DNA from: an uncultured Chloroflexia bacterium
GTDB lineage: Bacteria; Chloroflexota; Limnocylindria; Limnocylindrales; CSP1-4
DNA length: 64,000 nucleotides
Reading direction: 5' to 3'
NCBI GenBank assembly: GCA_963833285.1
Contig: CAWHXM010000005.1
Coordinates: 579,093 to 643,092 of the forward strand
Below are positions 49,656-60,243 of the stretch, one piece after another. A model generated the notes under the pieces. It did not search any database. It had not been told where the DNA came from and worked only from the letters and a program-made list of their open reading frames with translations. A program made the position numbers and the translations under genes. The stretch's first letter is position 1. Every line of letters starts with the position of its first letter.

Positions 49656-51830
49656 ATGCGCCGTTTCATCGTCGAGGCCGTCGTCGACGCCATCCTCCTG
49701 CTCGTCATCATCCTGTTCCTTGGGCTGATCAGCATCTCCCAGCCGTTCCCGTTCGGGACGGGGTCGGCACCGATCGTCGCGCTGAAGGGCGCTGGCGCCA
49801 TCGGGTTCCTGTCGTGGGCGGCGATCCTCGTCCTCGTGAACCGGTTCGCGCGCCCGGTCATCGTCGCCTTCACTGGCCGCCTCCTGTTCGCGACGATGGG
49901 CCTGTTCGTCGTGATCATCAACGCGCTCGCGATCTATATCACCGGGTTCCTCGCCCCGATCAAGATCGCCAACGTCGCCCAGCCGGAGGTCCTGTGGGTC
50001 ATCGTCGCGGCCGGCCTGTACACCGGCCTGTCGACGCTCGCGGACGCCGTCCTCGGTCTGAACCGACCGACATTCAGCCCCGAGAAACGACGGAGCCTGT
50101 GGTCGTTCCTCGAATCGCTCCCCACCCCGCGACGCAACCTCATCATCGAGAACCTGCGTCTCCAACAGGTCTACGACGCGCTGTACACCACGAGCCTGGA
50201 CATCGCGCTCGCCGGCACCCCGATCGGCGAGCTCCGTCGCTCCTTCCAGCGCCGCGTCCTCGGCGAGGAGGACACGCTGGGTGACGCAAGCGGACCTGAG
50301 CGGATCCGGATGATGCTCCAGCAGCTTGGTCCGACCTACGTGAAGATCGGGCAGATGGCCGCCAGCCGGAGCGACGTCCTGCCGCCCGAATGGGTCACGG
50401 AGCTGTCCAAGTTGCAGAGCGAGGCCGCGCCGTTCGGTTATGACGACGTCGTGGCAATCGTGACCAAAGAGCTCGGTGCGCCCCCCGAAGAGCTGTACGC
50501 GACCTTCGACCCGGTCCCGTTCGCCGCGGCGTCGACCGCGCAGGTCCACGAAGCGACGCTCAAGGACGGCACCCTCGTCGCGGTCAAGGTCCAGCGGCCG
50601 CGCATCCTGGCCAAGACCAAGGCGGACCTCGGGGTCGCCCAGGAGCTGGCGACCGTCGCAGAGAAACGGCTGGCGATGGCGCGCAAGATCGGTGCGCGCG
50701 CGATGGTCGACGAGTTCGCGGCGGGCGTCCTCAAGGAGCTCGACTACCGCAACGAGGCCTACCATGCCCGGCGCTTGGCAGACGGGATGCAGCGCTTCCC
50801 GCAGATCCACATCCCGATCGTCTACGACGAGCTCTCCGGCCAGCGCGTCAAGACCGAGGAGTTCGTCCGCGGCATCAAGATCTCGAAGGCGGACGAGCTG
50901 CGCGCCGCCGGCTTCGACACGACCGAGCTTGGGACCGTGTTCATCCGCTCGATCATCAAACAGGTCCTGATCGACGGCTTCTTCCACGGCGACCCGCATC
51001 CGGGCAACATCTTCGCCGTCCCCGAGACGAAGCAGCTCGTGTTCATCGACCTCGGCCTCGTCGGCCAGCTCGACTCCCAGCAGCGAGTCGACCTGCTCGG
51101 CCTGATCTACTCGATCAAGGAGATCGACATCCAGGGGATCGGCGACGGGTTGCTCGCGCTCGGCAAGCCGACCCGCAGCTTCGACGAGGCCAACTTCCGG
51201 AATGACATCGATCGCCTCGCCCGGCAGTACCTGATCTACGGCAAGGCCTCGTCGCTCGGCGGGGCGTTGAGCTCGTTCCTGGGTGCCGTGTTCAACAACG
51301 GGCTCATCCTCAACAGCCAGCTGACGCTGGCCATGAAGGCGGTGATCCAGGCCGAGGAGACGGCACGCGCCCTGTCGTTCGACATCGATCTCGGGGAGGC
51401 GGCGGTGATCGAGGCGCGCGCCGCGTTGCTCGAGCAGTTCACCCCGGAGCGGATCCAGCAGCAGGTCCAGGGAAGCGTCGTCCGCATCGGCAAGGAGCTC
51501 GCCCGGCGGGTGCCGTCGTTGGAGGGCGCCGCGCTCAGTTGGCTCGACCAGTTCAACAAGGGCAAGTTCGTCGTCGAGGTCGACACGAAGGGTCTCGAGA
51601 AGGCGATCGCGGGCGTCAGCGACATCGGCCGCCAGGCGACGGTCGGAGTCATCGTCGTGGGCCAGCTCATCGGGACGGCCATCGTGATGGCCATCCTGCT
51701 CCAGCCTGAGCTATCGCAGTTCCAGGGATTCGCCTACCTCGCGATGATCGCCTTCGGTGTGACGCTCATCGTCAGCTTCGTGGTCCTGTTCCGGGTCTTC
51801 CTGGCGCCGTCGTCGCGCGACGACTACTGA
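49656..51830 (+). CDS. UbiB/ABC1 family atypical kinase with an N-terminal 4-TM phage-holin-4-like (YvlD/DUF360) domain
   Basis: LGPTYVKIGQ, VAVKVQRP, HGDPHPGN, IDLG; N-terminal LVNRFARPV...TMGLFVVIINAL. Confidence 0.85.
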   Translation: MRRFIVEAVVDAILLLVIILFLGLISISQPFPFGTGSAPIVALKGAGAIGFLSWAAILVLVNRFARPVIVAFTGRLLFATMGLFVVIINALAIYITGFLAPIKIANVAQPEVLWVIVAAGLYTGLSTLADAVLGLNRPTFSPEKRRSLWSFLESLPTPRRNLIIENLRLQQVYDALYTTSLDIALAGTPIGELRRSFQRRVLGEEDTLGDASGPERIRMMLQQLGPTYVKIGQMAASRSDVLPPEWVTELSKLQSEAAPFGYDDVVAIVTKELGAPPEELYATFDPVPFAAASTAQVHEATLKDGTLVAVKVQRPRILAKTKADLGVAQELATVAEKRLAMARKIGARAMVDEFAAGVLKELDYRNEAYHARRLADGMQRFPQIHIPIVYDELSGQRVKTEEFVRGIKISKADELRAAGFDTTELGTVFIRSIIKQVLIDGFFHGDPHPGNIFAVPETKQLVFIDLGLVGQLDSQQRVDLLGLIYSIKEIDIQGIGDGLLALGKPTRSFDEANFRNDIDRLARQYLIYGKASSLGGALSSFLGAVFNNGLILNSQLTLAMKAVIQAEETARALSFDIDLGEAAVIEARAALLEQFTPERIQQQVQGSVVRIGKELARRVPSLEGAALSWLDQFNKGKFVVEVDTKGLEKAIAGVSDIGRQATVGVIVVGQLIGTAIVMAILLQPELSQFQGFAYLAMIAFGVTLIVSFVVLFRVFLAPSSRDDY

Positions 51831-51893
51831 CCCCGGCGGACGGCCGAGACGGCCGGCGCACCGTCCGTTGATACCATCCGGCGCGGAGGGCTG

Positions 51894-52757
51894 ATGATGG
51901 CGACGACGATCCCGGGCCGGAGCGGGCTCATGCCGCATGTCGCCGCGGCGCGCATCGCGTTGGGCCGCGTGCCCGGCGCCCGATGGACTCGCGCGGCCGG
52001 CGCGGCCAGCGCACTGGCGATCCTGGCGCTGGCCCTTCCCACCCTTTCGAAGATTCCGAGCCTGCACGGCTACACCGCCGTCGACTACCGGATGTATATG
52101 GACGCGACGAGCGGCTGGCTCTCCGGGGCGCCGTTCTACCCAGCCGACCAGCTCGCCGGACCGTATCCGATCACGCTCGGCGACGTCCTGTACCCGCCCG
52201 TCGCCCTCTGGCTGTTCGTCCCGTTCACCTTCCTTCCCGCCGCCTTGTGGTGGGGCGTGCCGCTCGGTCTTGGCATCTGGGCGATCTGGCGGCTGCGACC
52301 CGGACCGCTGACGTGGCCGCTCATGGCGTTGTGCGTGGCGTGGCCGGAGACGATCGTCAAGATCACGCAGGGCAACCCCGTCATGTGGGTCGTCGCCGCG
52401 GAGGCGGTGGGCATGGTCACCGCCGGGCCGGCGGCCTTCGCGCTCATGAAGCCGAGCCTGTGGCCATTCGCCTTATGGGGTGCGCGGCGCCGGCGCTGGT
52501 GGGCGTGCCTCGCGATGTTCGCGCTCATGTGCCTGCCGTTCGGAGCCATGTGGGCCGACTGGCTGGCGGCCGTCGGCAACGCGGCCGGTGGCGGGCCGCT
52601 GTACTCGGCCCTCGAAGCCCCGCTGATGACGATCCCGCTGATCGCGTGGTACGGACGATCGCGCGCGAGGCCGAGCTCCCGTTCGACGCACTCGACCGTG
52701 GCCACCCACCCGAGCGACCGCTCGATGGAGATGGCGATGCCGGAGCTCGGGAGGTAG
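51894..52757 (+). CDS. GT87/DUF2029-like polytopic glycosyltransferase
   Basis: VDYRMY, LYPPVALWLFVPF, QGNP, LMKP. Confidence 0.7.
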   Translation: MMATTIPGRSGLMPHVAAARIALGRVPGARWTRAAGAASALAILALALPTLSKIPSLHGYTAVDYRMYMDATSGWLSGAPFYPADQLAGPYPITLGDVLYPPVALWLFVPFTFLPAALWWGVPLGLGIWAIWRLRPGPLTWPLMALCVAWPETIVKITQGNPVMWVVAAEAVGMVTAGPAAFALMKPSLWPFALWGARRRRWWACLAMFALMCLPFGAMWADWLAAVGNAAGGGPLYSALEAPLMTIPLIAWYGRSRARPSSRSTHSTVATHPSDRSMEMAMPELGR

Positions 52758-52842
52758 TCGGCGCCCGAGACCCTGGGTCGGATGTCCCGTGATCGTCACA
52801 GCGCTACACTCGCCGCGACGTCGAACCGCAGGAGGCAACGCC

Positions 52843-54762
52843 TTGGCGAAACCCTACGTGCGCCTGACCCAGCCCCTCGTCCGTGACACGAAGGGCGGCG
52901 CGCTTCGGCCCGCGACCTGGGACGTGGCGCTCGACCGGACGGTCGACGGATTCCGGGCCGCGAAGGCGGCCCACGGCCCGACGACCTTCGGCACCTTCAG
53001 CTGCAGCAAGGCGACCAACGAGGTCAACTTCGCGGCGCAGAAGTTCAGCCGGACGGTCCTGGGCAGCAACAACATCGACAGCTGCAACCGGACGTGACAC
53101 GCCCCTAGCGTCGCCGGTCTGGCGACCGTGTTCGGTGCCGGTGGCGGCACAAGCTCATACCGTGAGGTCGAGGACACGGACCTGATCGTCCTGTGGGGCA
53201 GCAACGCCCGCGAGACGCACCCGATCTTCTTCCATCATGTGCTCAAGGGCGTCCGGGCGGGTGCGCGCCTGTACGCGGTGGATCCGCGCCGCACGAGCAG
53301 CGCCGAATGGGCGGACGGCTGGCTCGGCCTCGACGTCGGCAGCGACATCGCGCTCGCCAATGCGATCGCACGCGAGATCATCGCGTCCGGCCTCGAGAAC
53401 CGCGAGTTCATCGAGCGGGCCACGATCGACTTCGACGCCTACAAGGCCAAGGTCGAGTCGTACACGCTCGACTACGCCGAGCGCGAGACCGGCGTCCCCG
53501 CCGAGGCCATCCGCGAGTTGGCCCACGCCTTCGCCACGGCGCCGCGCGCGATGATCTGCTGGACCCTGGGCATCACCGAGCACCACAACGCGGTCGACAA
53601 CGTGCTCGCCCTGATCAGCCTCGTCCTGCTGACCGGCCACGTCGGGCGCTACGGCAGCGGCGTCAACCCGTTGCGTGGCCAGAACAACGTCCAGGGCGGC
53701 GGCGACATGGGCGCGCTGCCCGACCGGCTCCCGGGCTTCCAGCACGTCGAGAACGACGGGCTCCGCGCCAGGTTCGATGCCGAGTGGGGCGTGGCGGTCC
53801 CGCCCAGGCGCGGCTGGCACCTGTCCGGGATGTTCGACGCGATGGAGCGCGGCGACCTGACCGCGGTCTACTGCATCGGCGAGAACCCGGTCCAGTCGGA
53901 GGCGGACCAGACGCGCGCGATCCATCTGCTCGAGGGCCTCGACCTGCTCGTCGTCCAGGACCTGTTCCTGACGAAGACCGCGGAGCTCGCCGACGTCGTG
54001 CTGCCGGCCACCGCGGCCTGGGCCGAATCGGAAGGCACCGTCACCAACTCCGAGCGCCGCGTCCAGCGGGTCCGCAAGGCAGTGGAGCCGCCGCCGGGCG
54101 CGCGCGACGACCTCGCGATCATCTTCGAGCTGGCGAACCGGATGGGCGCCGGCTGGGGCGACGCGAACGCAGAAACCGTATGGGACGAGGTCCGGCGGCT
54201 CTCACCCGTCCATGCCGGGATGAGCTACGCCCGTCTCGACGAGCTCGGCGGGATCCAGTGGCCGTGCTACGACGAGACCCACCCGGGTGAGCTGTTCCTC
54301 CACTCGCGTCTGTGGGAGGACCCGGTGCCGGGCAATCGCGTCCCGTTCGTGCCCGTCGACCACGACCCACCGGTCGACCGGCTGACCGACGAGTATCCGA
54401 TCCGGCTGACGACCGGCCGGCGGCTCGACTCGTACAACACGGGCGTCCAGACCGCCGGCTACAGCTCCCCGCTGCGGCGCGGCGAGTCGCTCGACATCTC
54501 GCCCGAGGATGCCGCGGCCTACGGGCTGGCCGAGGGCGAGGCGGTGCGCGTCGTGTCGCGCCGCGGCCAGGTCGAGGTGCCGATCCGGATCGACTCGTCG
54601 CTCAGGCCCGGCCTGACGTTCATGACGCTGCACTTCCAGGACGACGTGGCGGTCAACCTGTTGACCATCGACGCCACCGACCCGAAATCGGGCACGGCCG
54701 AGTTCAAGGCAACGGCGATCCGGATCGAGAAGCTCGAATCCCCGGAGCGCGTGCCGGCCTAG
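52843..54762 (+). CDS. fdhF: Selenocysteine-containing formate dehydrogenase catalytic (Mo/W-bisPGD) subunit; UGA at 53095-53097 recoded as Sec
   Basis: GGAGG RBS with TTG start; NNIDSCNRT-UGA-HAPSVAGL continues in frame; LRGQNNVQG; SECIS-like hairpin; sel genes nearby. Confidence 0.93.
53095..53131 (+). promoter_or_regulatory. Bacterial SECIS element
   Basis: UGA CAC GCC CCU AGC GUCGCC-GGUCU-GGCGAC CGUGU; spacing and GGU apical loop resemble the E. coli fdhF SECIS. Confidence 0.85.
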
Positions 54763-54855
54763 GGGATCGGTCGAACTCCACGGTCGGCCTCCTGTACAGT
54801 GGGCGTCGGTCCCCGGGCGTGACGCCATCGGCGACCGAGTTGGAGGGTCGTCCGA

Positions 54856-55158
54856 ATGTGCCTGCTCCTCGCGATCTTCGTCCTGCTTGGACCGCGCGCG
54901 CTGATCTTCTTCTGGTGGCTGGTCGAACCGACCCGCTGGGCGGTGACTTTCCAGTCCGCGTTCGTGCCGATCATCGGCCTGCTGTTCCTGCCGTGGACGA
55001 CGATCATGTACGTGCTGGTCTTCCCGGGCGGGATCGACGGGCTCGACTGGTTGTGGCTGGGCATCGGCCTCGCCGTCGACATCGCCTCGTACGGCAGCAG
55101 CGCCTGGGGCAACCGCAACCAGGGCGACATGACCTACACGAACTACGACGGAGTCTAG
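54856..55158 (+). CDS. Small 3-TM membrane protein
   Basis: GGAGGG RBS; hydrophobic segments with FLPWTTIMYVL. Confidence 0.75.
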   Translation: MCLLLAIFVLLGPRALIFFWWLVEPTRWAVTFQSAFVPIIGLLFLPWTTIMYVLVFPGGIDGLDWLWLGIGLAVDIASYGSSAWGNRNQGDMTYTNYDGV

Positions 55159-55166
55159 GTCACAAC

Positions 55167-55198
55167 AGATCCGGCCGGCATCGGCGTCGACCGGATCT
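55167..55198. terminator. Hairpin between convergent genes (possible bidirectional terminator)
   Basis: AGATCCGGCCGGC...GTCGACCGGATCT. Confidence 0.55.
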
Positions 55199-55209
55199 CC
55201 TCGGTCGCC

Positions 55210-56313
55210 CTAGGCGCCAGGCGTGGCCGCGTCGGAGGGTGGCTCCGGGTCCGAAGGCGGCTCCGGCACGTCGCCACGGCCGGATGTCAGCGCCACGATC
55301 CACTTCGGGCGCCCCCACAGGTAGGCCACGACCGCGACGATGGCGGTGACGAGGAGGATGAGCGTGGTCAGGCGGCGGAGGTCCTCGATGGTCGCCTCGA
55401 CGACGGACCGGATGCCCAGCGCCAGGCCCTGGTCCTGGATCCCGTCGATGAGCGTATCCGTGAGCGCGTTGATCGCGATGCGACCGAGCAGGAATGCGAT
55501 CACCGTGCCGACGGCGAGGTAGACGACCATCCGCCGCCGCTGACGCGCGAGCCAGATCGCAAGGGCCACGAGGGCCACGCTGAGCAGGATCAGCAGCACG
55601 ACGATGATGTCGAAGGCGCGGACGGCGGTCCGCGCGGTCAGCAATCGATCCGCCGGCATCAACCGGACCGTGCCGAAATTGGGCGGCAGGGTGATCCCGA
55701 GCGCAGTGGACAGGCGCGTGGCGAGGACGCCCGGGCCCTCGGATGTCGACAGGTCGGGGATCTGGATCCCGTCCGGGAGCAGGCCCATCGATCGCATCTC
55801 GGTGAGCGCCGCCTCGACGATCGGGAACACCTCGACGGTGACGTAGCCGTCGACCACGTTTACGGCATCCGATTTGTCGCGGAGCAGGTTCATGATCCGG
55901 GCATGCGCGAAGGAGACCGTCTTGAGCAGGGCCGCCTGGATCTGCGGTCTGGCCAGCGCGACCTTGAGGCGGTTGGCGATCCCGTCCTGGATGGCGGACG
56001 TCAACGCCGGCGCGAGTGATTTCGCGACGTCGGGCAGGCGACCCTCGATGCGGGCCTGGACGCCGAGGGCGTCGACGACCTGCGCGCTGATCGCGGTGCT
56101 GAGCGGGTCGATGAAGGTCGGTTCGTCGACCACGTTCGCGACGAGTGCCGTGAATTGGTCGGTGTTGAACGCGACCTGGTGGGCCCACACTGCGACCGTC
56201 GTGAGGAGGATCGTGAGGCAGGCGAGGAGGAGCGCGATCCCCGACAGGACGCGCCGCCGCCCGACGGCTCGAGGGTTCGCGGCCTCGACCGCGGTGGTGC
56301 TGGGGGTGTCCAC
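55210..56313 (-). CDS. Hypothetical membrane protein (1 N-terminal + 3 C-terminal TM around a helical extracytoplasmic domain)
   Basis: GGAGG RBS with GTG start; hydropathy pattern; GC-rich third codon positions. Confidence 0.75.
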   Translation of the reverse strand: MDTPSTTAVEAANPRAVGRRRVLSGIALLLACLTILLTTVAVWAHQVAFNTDQFTALVANVVDEPTFIDPLSTAISAQVVDALGVQARIEGRLPDVAKSLAPALTSAIQDGIANRLKVALARPQIQAALLKTVSFAHARIMNLLRDKSDAVNVVDGYVTVEVFPIVEAALTEMRSMGLLPDGIQIPDLSTSEGPGVLATRLSTALGITLPPNFGTVRLMPADRLLTARTAVRAFDIIVVLLILLSVALVALAIWLARQRRRMVVYLAVGTVIAFLLGRIAINALTDTLIDGIQDQGLALGIRSVVEATIEDLRRLTTLILLVTAIVAVVAYLWGRPKWIVALTSGRGDVPEPPSDPEPPSDAATPGA

Positions 56314-56496
56314 GGGTGCGCCTCCGATCAGGCCGCCGACGGGCGACACCGAACACTAGCAGGCGGGAAGCCCCCCGGATCGTGCGGTCCGCCACGGTCC
56401 GTCGTTCCCGTTGGTCTTCGGGTCGCACTCGACGGTGCTAGCCTTGCGAATCCGGGCGTCGCCCGACCAGCCCGCGCGGTCAAGGAGGGATCGTCC

Positions 56497-57480
56497 ATGC
56501 CAGCAAAGACGGGGTCCAAACCGAAGCGCCCGGCCAAGGACACGACCACGGCAACGACCAAGGCACCGGTGCGCGCCGCGGCGAAGACCGGAACCAAGGC
56601 AACGACCAAGGCGACGACCAAGCCGACGGCCAGGGCGACGAAGCCGACGGCCCAGGCGACGACCAAGGCAGCCGCGAAATCAGCGTCGAAGTCGACGGCG
56701 AAGCAGACCGCCGCCCTGGCGCGCAAGGCCGCCGAGGCAGAGGCGATCGACGGCACCGAGCGTGTGGTGGCCGGGATGGAAGTCGTGGCGGCTGCCGCCG
56801 ACGCCGCCGCCGCTGGACGGGCGTCCGTCGTGCGCGGCGCGAGCGACCTGACCCGTGGCACGGACGAGCTGGTCGTGGCCGGCCGCGTCGCCGCCCTCGG
56901 CGAGGTGGTCGCAGCGGCCGGCATCAACGATGTCGAGCAGGGCGCGCAGCTCCTCGCCACGTCCGAGGACATCGCGATCCTCGGCGCGGTGGTCGGCGCC
57001 ATCAGCGAGGACGACCTCGACCGCGGGCTCCAGATCGCGCGGGTCAGCGGCGAGCTCGGCGCGGTGGCCGTCGTCGTCAGCCGGATCGGTATGCCGGTCC
57101 TCGCCGCCTTCCTGGCCGACCGCGGCGACCAGCTGCTCGGCGTCTCGGTCGACGCGATCGTGCGGGCCGGCGGTACGCGCGCGATCGCGCGGGCGCTGGC
57201 AGACACGGGTGAACGCGTCGAGCTCCTCGGTGCGGCCGAGGCGGCCGAGGGCGTCGCCCGGCTCGTGGCCGCGGAGGGCATCGCTGAACGCAGCGACGAA
57301 CTGGCCGACGAGGGCGCGGCCCTCAGCTACGAGGGGTTCGAGGAGATGGCCGTCGGCGAGACGGTCCGTCGCGCCGCCGTCGAGGTCGCTGCCGCCGGGA
57401 TGGCCGAGGCCGGCCAGGGCATGGAGGAGATCGGGTCGGCCGGCGCGCTCGCCGACATGGCCGACGAGCTCCGCAACTGA
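56497..57480 (+). CDS. Hypothetical protein with a Lys/Ala/Thr-rich N-terminal tail and an acidic Ala-rich helical domain
   Basis: AAGGAGG RBS; TTKA/TKPTA repeats. Confidence 0.78.
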   Translation: MPAKTGSKPKRPAKDTTTATTKAPVRAAAKTGTKATTKATTKPTARATKPTAQATTKAAAKSASKSTAKQTAALARKAAEAEAIDGTERVVAGMEVVAAAADAAAAGRASVVRGASDLTRGTDELVVAGRVAALGEVVAAAGINDVEQGAQLLATSEDIAILGAVVGAISEDDLDRGLQIARVSGELGAVAVVVSRIGMPVLAAFLADRGDQLLGVSVDAIVRAGGTRAIARALADTGERVELLGAAEAAEGVARLVAAEGIAERSDELADEGAALSYEGFEEMAVGETVRRAAVEVAAAGMAEAGQGMEEIGSAGALADMADELRN

Positions 57481-57492
57481 AGAGCGCCGAGC

Positions 57493-59097
57493 TCAGGCGG
57501 CGGCGGCCCGTGGTGCGGCCGCCGTGTCCTGGGCGTGGTATTCGGCGAGCAGGCGCTCCTCGTCGTCCTTCTTGGGGAAGAACCGGAAGACGATCGCGGC
57601 GCCGACGAGGACCGCGATGATCCCCGCGGCGTAGGCCCAGTCGGCGCCGTCGAGGAACGACGTCCTGGCGGCGGCCGTGATGGCGGTCGCGTATTGCGGA
57701 TACTGGGCGGCGACCGCCTCGGCGCTCGAGAACGACTTCTCGAGGGCGGCCTGGGTGCTGCTCGAGATCTGGGCCGCGTTTGGCGCGGAGGCGATGGCCG
57801 CAGCCACGGCGGCGGCGTAGCCGGCGGTCAGCAACGCGCCGAAGATCGACTGCATGAATGCGCCACCGAGATCGCGCTGGAGGTCAGCCGTGCCCGACGC
57901 CATGCCCGCGCGCGCCACCGGCACCGAGCCGGTCAGCGAGTGCGAGGCGGGCGTGCCGGCGAACCCGACGCCGATGCCGATGAACGAGTAGCCCAGCGCG
58001 ACCTGCCAGTACGGGCTGTTGTCGCTCCACAGGGCGAACATCGTGACGAAGCCGAGGACGCAGAACACATAGCCGAGCAGGAGCGTGAATCGCGCCCCGC
58101 GCGCCTCGACCAGCCTGGCCGACCTCGGGGCGACGATGACCATGCACAGGGCGGCCGGGATGATCGCCGCGCCGGCGTTCAGGGTCGAATAGCCGAGCAC
58201 GTTCTGGAGATACTGCTGGCCGATGAACATGGCGCCCATGAGCGATCCGAACACGATGATGCCGGCGCAAGCGGCCACCCAGAAGATGCGCCGGGACGCG
58301 ACGTCGAGGTCGTACAGCGGGCTCGGGGCGCGCCGCTGGCGATAGATGAAGGCGACGCCGGACGCGGCCGCGATCCCGAACAGGGCGATGGCGAGCGCAC
58401 CCTCGCCCGGGACCGGCGCGAAGTTGATCCCGAGGATGGCCGCGCCGACGAGCACCGCCGACAGGATCCCGCCAAGGTTGTCGACCGGTTCGGTCGTCTC
58501 GTTGACGTGGCTGGGCACGAAACGGATGGCCATCACGAGGGCGACGACCGCGAGCGGGAGCGTCACGAGGAAGACCGAGCCCCACTCGAAGCTCTCGAGC
58601 AGGAAGCCTGACACCAGCGGCCCGAGCGCCGCGATGGCGCCACCGAGCGCGGACCACAGGGCGATCGACCGCGTCCGGGCCGGGCCGGACCACAGGGCGG
58701 CGATCAGCGCCAGCGTGGTCGGATAGGCCATGCCCGCGGACAGGCCGCCCACGATGCGGGCGACGATGAGGACTTCGATGGTCGGGGCGAAGGCTGCGGT
58801 GATGCAGGCCGGGATCGACAGGAGGATGCCGAGGATGAGCATGAGCTTGCGGCCGTAGCGATCGCCAAGGGCTCCCAGCCAGAGCACGGACGCCGCGAGC
58901 CCCAGCGAGTACCCGACGGCGACGAGGTCGAGCGCGGTCTGCGACGCGTCGAAGGCGTTGCCGATGTCCGGCAGCGCCACGTTGGCAACCGACAGATTCA
59001 GGTTGGCGACCGCCGCCACGAGGATAAGCGAGAGCAGGACCAGCTGGCCGCGCTCCGGTGCGTTCCCCTCCGCAGGGGTGGCTCGGTCGGTCGTCAT
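57493..59097 (-). CDS. MFS transporter, DHA2 (14 TM) type
   Basis: NLNLSVANVALP, GALGDRYGRK, WGSVFLVTLP. Confidence 0.92.
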   Translation of the reverse strand: MTTDRATPAEGNAPERGQLVLLSLILVAAVANLNLSVANVALPDIGNAFDASQTALDLVAVGYSLGLAASVLWLGALGDRYGRKLMLILGILLSIPACITAAFAPTIEVLIVARIVGGLSAGMAYPTTLALIAALWSGPARTRSIALWSALGGAIAALGPLVSGFLLESFEWGSVFLVTLPLAVVALVMAIRFVPSHVNETTEPVDNLGGILSAVLVGAAILGINFAPVPGEGALAIALFGIAAASGVAFIYRQRRAPSPLYDLDVASRRIFWVAACAGIIVFGSLMGAMFIGQQYLQNVLGYSTLNAGAAIIPAALCMVIVAPRSARLVEARGARFTLLLGYVFCVLGFVTMFALWSDNSPYWQVALGYSFIGIGVGFAGTPASHSLTGSVPVARAGMASGTADLQRDLGGAFMQSIFGALLTAGYAAAVAAAIASAPNAAQISSSTQAALEKSFSSAEAVAAQYPQYATAITAAARTSFLDGADWAYAAGIIAVLVGAAIVFRFFPKKDDEERLLAEYHAQDTAAAPRAAAA

Positions 59098-59235
59098 GCA
59101 CACTCCCTCTCGCCGCGGACGATAGAGGGTCGCAGCCGATCTGGCACGCCCGGCGCGCGGCGTGCAGGGCGCGTCAGCGCGCATCCGGCGCGAAGCGCGC
59201 CTCCAGGCGTGGCGCGACGGGTACCATTCCGGCGC

Positions 59236-60243
59236 ATGCGTAACAAGTGGGTCCCGATCGCCATCCTGGCCGCGGCGCAGTTCGTGATGGTGCTCGACAG
59301 CAGCGTCATGAACGTGTCGATCTCGCAGATCGTGGCCGACCTCGACACCACGATCCGGGGCGTCCAGCTCGCGATCACCGCGTACACCCTGGTGATGGCC
59401 GCGTTCATGCTCGTCGGGGCGAAGCTCGGGGACATCGAGCACCTGCGGGCGGGCCTGTCCACGCTCGCGGTCCAGCAGCTGGTGCTGCTGGGCACGTTCT
59501 TCATCCTGCCGGTCTACCTCCAGGTCGTCCTCGGCTTCGATGCCTTCGAGACCGGCCTTCGGCTGGTCCCGATGTCGGTCGCCATGCTCATCGCCGCGAT
59601 CAGTGGACCGCGGCTCGCCGCGCGACGCTCCCCGAAGGCCGTCGCCCGGCTCGGGCTGGTGGCGATCACGGGCGGGGCGGTCGCCGTCCTTGCCACGCTC
59701 GATGTCGAGCTCAACCAGCCGGGTTTCTCGCTCGGGTTGGCCCTGTTCGGGGTCGGTGCCGGGTTGCTGGCGTCGCAGCTCGGGAACGTCATCATGTCGG
59801 CCTCGCCGCCCGAGCAGACCAACGAGGCGGGCGGGCTCCAGGGGACCGCGCAGAACCTCGGGGCCTCGCTCGGGACCGCCCTGATCGGCGCCATCCTGCT
59901 GATCGGTTTGACGAGCTCGTTCGCCAACATCGTCGAGAACGACCAGGCCCTGCCCGAGACCATGCGCGCCGAGCTCGCAGCACAGGCGCGGGCGACCGGC
60001 CTCGAGGTCGTGACCGTCGAGCAGGTCGCCGAGATCGCCACCGAGGCCGGGCTGCCCCCCGACCAGGTCGCGGCCATCACCGCGGATTACGGTCAGGCAC
60101 AGCTCCAGGGGTTGCGCCTCGCCTTCGGCGCGGTCGCGCTGTTCGCGGTGCTCGGCCTGTGGTTCACCCGCCACCTCCCGGTTCATGCCGGGCCCGCGAC
60201 GGTCGCGGCGGAGGCCGCGCCGCCCGTGCTGGCTGCCGCCTGA
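59236..60243 (+). pseudogene. DHA2-type MFS transporter with a large in-frame internal deletion
   Basis: Motif A is cut at GAKLGDI and joined directly to EHLRAGL from the second half; only 335 aa. Confidence 0.7.

Noticed and set aside
52843-54762. fdh as a nonsense pseudogene or two separate genes
   Set aside because: The stop is a single in-frame TGA at the metal-ligand position, with a SECIS and a full sel gene set nearby.
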